Positions 1 to 4,612 of a stretch of 7,737 bases of DNA are shown here, piece after piece; within the stretch, counting starts at the first letter, position 1, and each line of letters begins with the position of its first letter. The DNA comes from Candidatus Heimdallarchaeota archaeon B3_Heim (GTDB lineage: Archaea; Asgardarchaeota; Heimdallarchaeia; Hodarchaeales; Hodarchaeaceae), in assembly GCA_003144275.1 (NCBI GenBank), contig NJBF01000082.1, positions 1 to 7,737 of the forward strand, written 5' to 3'. The position numbers and the translations under genes are program-made. The notes below the pieces were generated by a model that made no database searches, had not been told where the DNA came from, and was given only the letters and a program-made list of their open reading frames with translations.

Positions 1-317
1 GATAAAGATGTGATCAGCACACCAACTAATAAAAGAAAAGTAGACACAATAATTTGTCTCAGTAACCAATTTTCCTGATCTTTTGCACTGGAATGCTCTT
101 GTGATTCTCTTTCTGGAATAGCAATTGCTCCAGGTTCTATTTTCGATATTATAGAGTTAATATCAGTGACATCATCTGATCCGATGTGTAAACGTCGTGT
201 AGCAAAATTCAATTGGACCGAAGAATAACCTTCTTGCTTCAAAGTCCTTTCAATTTTCATTGCACAATCGGTACAGGATAAACCCTGAAGCAGGTAAGCA
301 TGTTTTTCTTGTGCCAC
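1..317 (-). CDS. cadA: Heavy-metal translocating P1B-type ATPase (CadA/ZntA-like), 5' part only, runs off the window
   Basis: Not in the ORF track. Hand translation from GTG at 317 gives MAQEKHAYLLQGLSCTDCAMKIERTLKQEGYSSVQLNFATRRLHIG...ENWLLRQIIVSTFLLLVGVLITSL, an HMA domain with GLSCxxC followed by a first TM helix. The frame is open to the window edge. It starts 12 nt after the ArsR stop with an SD-like GAGTGA. Zn/Cd rather than Cu specificity is inferred from the regulator, since the CPC and DKTGT motifs lie outside the window. Confidence 0.82.
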   Translation of the reverse strand, partial: MAQEKHAYLLQGLSCTDCAMKIERTLKQEGYSSVQLNFATRRLHIGSDDVTDINSIISKIEPGAIAIPERESQEHSSAKDQENWLLRQIIVSTFLLLVGVLITSL

Positions 318-329
318 GGAATCACTCTC

Positions 330-686
330 TTAACTAGCTTCTTCTTCCTTCATATGAGCTAAAGTTTGAGCCAGAATAGGATGAAGATGCTCCCTTTCTA
401 GGGTATAAAAGATTTGTTTTCCATCCCGTCGAGTTTTTACCAATCTATGTTGTCTTAAATAACGAAGTTGATGAGAAATTGCCGATTGTTTTGCATTCAA
501 TGTCGTACTAATATCGCACACACATAGCTCTACTTCAGAGAGAGCAAGAAGAATTTTAATTCGAGTTTCACCAGCTAAAAGCTTAAAGAAGCCAGCTAAC
601 TCGGCGGGATTACTATCCTCAAGTGTTTTTTTAGCATGAGCGACATTATCTGGATGAATTACAAATTCTTCACAATCGTTTGACAT
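330..686 (-). CDS. ArsR/SmtB-family metal-sensing repressor (CadC/SmtB/ZiaR-like)
   Basis: 118 aa with FKLLAGETRIKIL, the ELCVCD alpha3 motif, a SAISHQLR recognition helix and the RRDGKQIFY wing. N-terminal C5/H11. Lies directly upstream of the P1B ATPase. Confidence 0.95.
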   Translation of the reverse strand: MSNDCEEFVIHPDNVAHAKKTLEDSNPAELAGFFKLLAGETRIKILLALSEVELCVCDISTTLNAKQSAISHQLRYLRQHRLVKTRRDGKQIFYTLEREHLHPILAQTLAHMKEEEAS

Positions 687-742
687 TTGGAGCCGTACCT
701 AAGGTTTAATATCTTTAAACTTAAAATGATACCCATAGGAAT

Positions 743-764
743 CATATGAACAATCATTCATATG
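743..764. promoter_or_regulatory. ArsR/SmtB operator (perfect 8-6-8 inverted repeat)
   Basis: CATATGAA-CAATCA-TTCATATG. The core TGAACA-N2-CATTCA resembles the established SmtB/CzrA box (TGAACA-N2-TATTCA). It lies 57-78 nt upstream of the regulator start codon. Confidence 0.8.
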
Positions 765-794
765 TCTTTAGGTTTGGGAACTACTCGTGAAAAG

Positions 795-816
795 TAGGTT
801 TTTTGGTCAAAACCTA
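795..816. promoter_or_regulatory. Second perfect 8-6-8 inverted repeat, possible binding site of an unknown regulator
   Basis: TAGGTTTT-TTGGTC-AAAACCTA in the divergent intergenic region. The symmetry is seen directly and the function is inferred. Confidence 0.35.
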
Positions 817-919
817 ACCATATTTATATATGAAAGCCGAATTGGAGCATAAATTAGCATCTCTACGATATTCGGGGATTATATATTAAAATTCGAATAT
901 CAATTGTCAATAGTGAATT

Positions 920-1165
920 AAACTCATTCTCTCTGAAGCTACAACAATTATGGCTGTCATTGATGAATATCCTTTTTTGACCGAAGCCTTGGTAGAACTA
1001 GATCCAATATTACGACGTTTTAAAAATCCTATCCTAAGGAAAACCGTTGAATTCAATCACTCACTTTATCAGGTGTGTGGCTGCCACTACTTCACTTTCG
1101 AGGAGGTAATACGTGAAAACAGATTTTTTGGGTATTTAAAATCTATTATTGGTTTTCAATTATAA
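920..1165 (+). pseudogene. Start-less DUF1858-like fragment duplicating the N-terminus of the 3190 gene (residual ORF 950-1165, 71 aa)
   Basis: 920-1048 encodes KLILSEATTIMAVIDEYPFLTEALVELDPILRRFKNPILRKTV, against KLVLSEATKIMDVIDEYPFLTEVLVELDPILRRFKNPILRKTV at 3196-3324 (39/43 aa identical). An in-frame TGA sits at 914-916, and the SD and ATG present in the other copy are absent. Translation from ATG 950 cannot be excluded. Confidence 0.7.
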
Positions 1166-1248
1166 CGTCCTTTACCATAGTATCATTATGTAAAGTTTTA
1201 TTAGGCTTTTATGTACAGTCTATTTAAGGAATTAAAGGTTGATTCCCA

Positions 1249-1971
1249 ATGAATCTTTATGAAAAACCTCCAAAAAATGTATGGAGATGCACAACCCCCG
1301 AATCACCAAGGAAGGATTCGGATTCCTTTATGTCGATTGTAGTATGTGGTTACGGATTCTGGACAGATCGTGGAATAACTGAATTAGTGCATGCCTTTGC
1401 TTATATCTACCCCTCTTCACCCATTGAAAAAATAATAGAATACACAAATGATTATTATAGTAAAACTGTAGAGCACAATGTAACAGGATTTTCCGTTAAA
1501 CCCCCTCATTTTTTCTATCCAGTAGAAGTGTGGGATCTAAGTAGTGGACGGTATGAAAGGCTTGATCAGAGGGATAGACATTTTACAGAATTCTATACCT
1601 ATGAGAATATTAAAAGTCCTTTCAGTTTTTTTTTAGGAAAAAAATCTGTAATCGTGCTTTGTGATTCTATAATAGACGACACAGGTTTTAACGATTTATA
1701 TAGTCATTGGTTACCTCTTATGGACGACAAGACTCCACGATTCCTGGTCGAATCTGACTACATGGATGATGGATGGTCTTTGGAGGATGATTGGATACAG
1801 GCCAACATAAAGAGAAGACGCCCGAACGAATCGGAGTTGTCTCAAAAAGAATTTAATTGTATTAAGAGATTTTTCTGCAAAGTTAGAGACACTCAATGTA
1901 CCCGTGATATTTTTTCATATTTATTAGATTTTTTAAGTAACATATCACCAAAGGATGAGTCAGAGGGATAA
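1249..1971 (+). CDS. Hypothetical protein, putative degenerate small-GTPase (Ras/Rho-like) fold
   Basis: 240-aa ORF with SD-like AAGGTTGA upstream. Ordered lookalikes of the G-domain elements: SIVVCG..GITELVHAF, YSKTV, VEVWDLSSG, LGKKSVIVLCD, GFNDLYSHWLP, TPRFLVE, RFFCKVRDTQCTRDIFSYLL. The CDS is well supported. The fold call comes from pattern recognition only (about 0.45). Confidence 0.75.
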   Translation: MNLYEKPPKNVWRCTTPESPRKDSDSFMSIVVCGYGFWTDRGITELVHAFAYIYPSSPIEKIIEYTNDYYSKTVEHNVTGFSVKPPHFFYPVEVWDLSSGRYERLDQRDRHFTEFYTYENIKSPFSFFLGKKSVIVLCDSIIDDTGFNDLYSHWLPLMDDKTPRFLVESDYMDDGWSLEDDWIQANIKRRRPNESELSQKEFNCIKRFFCKVRDTQCTRDIFSYLLDFLSNISPKDESEG

Positions 1972-2054
1972 TCTTACTATTTCCTTGCATTGTATTTTTT
2001 TAGGGTATCTAATATGAGTACGGTAAATAAGTTACAGAGGTCGTGATCATACCT

Positions 2055-2282
2055 ATGAGTGAATTTTTAGAAAAAGATTATCCTCATACTATTGTTAGTA
2101 TCGAACCTGACACTTCGGAAGAACCTATTACCAAAATTTATATGAAAAACGCCTACGGGAAGACTGTTCTCCACCTAGTTGATGAAACGCCTTATGCACC
2201 CGACTTCAATGAGAAAACAGAATATATGGAGAAACTAGCTAAGGAAACTGGAATGGAAACTTTCGGAATTTATCCTGATTAA
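2055..2282 (+). CDS. Small hypothetical protein (75 aa from ATG 2055, or 79 aa from GTG 2043)
   Basis: Open frame with protein-like composition and SD-like GAGGTCGTGA at 2037-2046, whose spacing favours ATG 2055. No family recognised. Confidence 0.6.
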   Translation: MSEFLEKDYPHTIVSIEPDTSEEPITKIYMKNAYGKTVLHLVDETPYAPDFNEKTEYMEKLAKETGMETFGIYPD

Positions 2283-2644
2283 AAAAAATCTTATTTCTGG
2301 GCATATTCTTTTGATAAATCGTAGTCATCATCATTTTCCTGATGTACCTATCAAATATGAAGATGTAATTCGCAAACGATTTAATATTCTTTTTCCTTAC
2401 AACTAATCTTTTGGTTATCACACTATAAGATTTGAAGATCATGCTTACGAAATCCATATCAACTCTACTTCTAGATGATAATATAACATCTTATATTATT
2501 TCTGTTTATAGTGAATCAGAAGGAGAGAGAAAAAAACAACGAGATGAATTACATTTTTGGATGAAATTATTTTTAGAATCTAAAGATGAATTCATACCTA
2601 AATTTTTAGACAAATATGCAACACAATTTACTCCTAGTGGATAA
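2281..2644 (+). pseudogene. Possible decayed gene (internal stop plus frameshift)
   Basis: Frame +1 reads ..LISGHILLINRSHHHFPDVPIKYEDVIRKRFNILFPYN*SFGYHTIRFEDHAYEIHINSTSR* (TAA at 2404-2406). Frame +2 then carries the 2432-2644 ORF (..LDDNITSYIISVYSESEGERKKQRDELHFWMKLF..). No convincing start or SD was found. Confidence 0.25.
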
Positions 2645-2670
2645 AAATCCTCATTTGAGATGACATTATA

Positions 2671-2922
2671 ATGAAAAATATAATACAAGACCTTGATTCT
2701 GGTGTTTTACAAAAAATACAAGATGTGATAGGAGAAGAAAAAAAACGACAACTTGGTTATCGTTCGATTTCTGGGGCTTATGTAACTGTTGAAAAACTTC
2801 TTTCTGTTGAGGATCGTGGAGATAGTTTCATTGTTATCGCAGATATACATTCAGGGGTTCAAGATGATACACGAAATGACACCTATGACGAAGAATGGAC
2901 TGTAAATATTTCTAAAAAGTAG
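2671..2922 (+). CDS. Small hypothetical protein (83 aa)
   Basis: ATG-started open frame with an amphipathic helix followed by beta-strand-like segments. No family recognised and no clear SD. Confidence 0.6.
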   Translation: MKNIIQDLDSGVLQKIQDVIGEEKKRQLGYRSISGAYVTVEKLLSVEDRGDSFIVIADIHSGVQDDTRNDTYDEEWTVNISKK

Positions 2923-2983
2923 GAAAAATAACTGATGCTATTCTGAAAGCCTTTAAGGGTGTTGACGACCCTAATTTGAGAGT

Positions 2984-3327
2984 GAATCAACTAGAAATAT
3001 CTTCATATGTGTTTGGTTTTACTTGTTACTTCTGAATCTTGGGTTTATTAGTCGAAAACAAACCTGTCTGAAGAAGAAGATGTAAATTAAAAGATAAATT
3101 TACTACTCTACGATTTTCGGGGATTACGTATTAAAATCATAGATATAATTGTCAATAGTGAAATCGATTCTCATCGTTGGTGAAAAAATATGCCTAAATT
3201 AGTCCTTTCAGAAGCAACTAAGATTATGGATGTCATTGATGAATACCCATTCTTAACTGAAGTCTTGGTTGAGCTAGACCCAATATTACGACGCTTCAAA
3301 AATCCTATCTTACGTAAAACAGTCGGA
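2984..3327 (+). repeat. Diverged direct repeat, right copy (partner 739-1051)
   Basis: Contains a decayed operator (CAACTAGA-AATATC-TTCATATG, 2988-3009), a decayed second IR (3040-3061), the conserved promoter blocks, the SD GGTGA (3179-3183) and the first ~45 codons of the DUF438 gene. Confidence 0.93.
3106..3183 (+). promoter_or_regulatory. Putative promoter and SD of the DUF438-LLM operon
   Basis: Blocks conserved between the repeat copies: CTCTACGAT(T/A)TTCGGGGATTA (20/21), TATA-like TATTAAAAT and AATTGTCAATAGTGAA (16/16). SD GGTGA at 3179-3183 lies 6 nt before ATG 3190. Confidence 0.55.
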
Positions 3328-4593
3328 AGACGAGCCACCCTTACCGATGTATCAGATATGATTAATAAAGATCTACAAGATGTAATTTCTTTCTTCTCTA
3401 AAAAGATAGAGGAATCTACAACCACTAAAGTAAAACAAATCGTAGGATCAGAAAGGATAAGTGGATGGGAAGATGAACATACCCGAAAACGTGAAATGTT
3501 GAAAGCATTAGTTCTCGAGCTTCATGCAGGAGGAGAACTTCAGACATTAAAAGCACGATTCAAAGAAATTTTAGGAGATATTGAGGCAACAGATATTGCT
3601 TCAATGGAACAAGAGCTTATTGACTCAGGAGAATTAACTGTTGATCAAATAACCTTGTTGTGCGATTTGCATGTTGGTATTTTTGAGGACACACTCTCTG
3701 AACATAAAAAACCACAAACTATGCCAGGCCACCCCATTCATACCTATATGGCAGAAAATTCAGAGGCCAAAAAAATAATTGCGAAACTCAGAGAGAATCC
3801 GTCACCAGAATTAATTAAAGAACTTGCAAAAATTGAGATTCACTACACACGTCTTGAAAATCAACTATTCCCAATGTTAGAAAAAAAAGATTTCGCTGGT
3901 CCCTCACAAGTAATGTGGGCGAAACATGATGAAACAAGACAATTATTCCGTGAAGGTGAAGACGTGGATCTTGAAGAACTCACTTCTCAAGTGGAAGATA
4001 TGACATTCAAGGAGGAAACAATTCTTTTTCCAACCAGTTTAGAATTATTGACAACGTTAGACTGGCAAACAGTGAAACGTGGTGAGGAGGAAATTGGATT
4101 CGCCTGGGTTACCCCTGGAGATGAGTGGAAACCACTTACACCTGATATTATACATCAGACCCCTACTCCCGACATCACAGCTGATACTTTAGACCTTAAT
4201 ACTGGAAAATTAACTTTAGAACAGATTGATTTAATGCTTACACACCTTCCGATTGAGATCTCGTATATCAACGCACAAGATGAAGTTCTCTATTATTCTG
4301 GGGCAAAAGAACGAATATTTCCCCGAAGTCCAGGAGTTATCGGGAGAAAGGTGCAAAAATGTCATCCTCCGAAAAGTTTAGAGAAAGTGATTCAGATAAT
4401 TGAAGCTTTTAGATCAGGAAGGAAGGATCAGGCAGAATTTTGGATCACAATGGAAGGGAAGTTTTTACATATCCGATACTTTGCGGTTAGAGATGACAAT
4501 GGAGAATATCAAGGAACGATCGAAGTTATGCAAGATGTAACTTCCATCCGTGCTCTCGAAGGGGAAAGAAGATTGGTCAACTGGGAAGATTAG
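3190..4593 (+). CDS. DUF438-family protein: DUF1858 + DUF438 + hemerythrin-like + PAS (PAS_10-type) domains
   Basis: N-terminal DUF1858-like YPFLTEVL..NPILRKTVGRRATL. DUF438 LKALVLELHAG..LCDLHVGIF. Hemerythrin-like PGHPIHTYMAEN, HYTRLENQLFP, VMWAKHD and FKEETILFP. C-terminal PAS with RIFPRSPGVIGRKVQKCHPPKS..EFWI..IRYFAVRD..GEYQGTIEVMQDV. Confidence 0.92.
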   Translation: MPKLVLSEATKIMDVIDEYPFLTEVLVELDPILRRFKNPILRKTVGRRATLTDVSDMINKDLQDVISFFSKKIEESTTTKVKQIVGSERISGWEDEHTRKREMLKALVLELHAGGELQTLKARFKEILGDIEATDIASMEQELIDSGELTVDQITLLCDLHVGIFEDTLSEHKKPQTMPGHPIHTYMAENSEAKKIIAKLRENPSPELIKELAKIEIHYTRLENQLFPMLEKKDFAGPSQVMWAKHDETRQLFREGEDVDLEELTSQVEDMTFKEETILFPTSLELLTTLDWQTVKRGEEEIGFAWVTPGDEWKPLTPDIIHQTPTPDITADTLDLNTGKLTLEQIDLMLTHLPIEISYINAQDEVLYYSGAKERIFPRSPGVIGRKVQKCHPPKSLEKVIQIIEAFRSGRKDQAEFWITMEGKFLHIRYFAVRDDNGEYQGTIEVMQDVTSIRALEGERRLVNWED

Positions 4594-4612
4594 CAACTAG
4601 AAGGAAATAATT

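Larger units (their letters stand above)
739..1051 (+). repeat. Diverged direct repeat, left copy (partner 2984-3327)
   Basis: Gapless alignment at offset +2245 from 739 to 917. Hand counts: 52/82 identical over 739-820, 6/20 over 821-840 and 46/57 over 861-917. After a 31-nt gap the offset is +2276 from 920 to about 1051 (82/99 nt identical over 950-1048). Confidence 0.93.

Noticed and set aside
1100-1139. Perfect SD-like GAGGAGGT followed 5 nt later by GTG and an 8-codon ORF (MKTDFLGI*)
   Set aside because: The motif is fully explained by the codons GAG GAG GTA (EEV) of the 950-1165 frame, and the peptide is too short to support.
1711-1896. 61-aa minus-strand ORF
   Set aside because: Antisense shadow inside the 240-aa CDS with no motif.
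2239-2457. 72-aa minus-strand ORF
   Set aside because: Low-complexity I/K/F-rich translation of very AT-rich DNA. It overlaps the 2055-2282 CDS and has no SD or family signal.
2506-2688. 60-aa minus-strand ORF
   Set aside because: Antisense to the + strand frames, overlaps the 2671 start and has no recognisable features.
2956-2972. AGGGT-N7-ACCCT hairpin after the 83-aa ORF as a terminator or att site
   Set aside because: Only a 5-bp stem with no U-tract and no partner at the left junction.
2980-2990. 11-mer GAGTGAATCAA repeated at 6251-6261, with a weak inverted lookalike at 1052-1062 (possible TIR)
   Set aside because: Too short and mismatched to call a terminal inverted repeat. There is no target-site duplication, and two copies in AT-rich DNA may be chance.
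2916-3035. Start-less 39-codon + frame (KVGKITDAILKAFKGVDDPNLRVNQLEISSYVFGFTCYF*)
   Set aside because: No start codon, and its 3' part lies in the decayed regulatory repeat (2984 onward), so it is probably incidental.
3171-3425. 84-aa minus-strand ORF
   Set aside because: Antisense shadow of the DUF438 gene.
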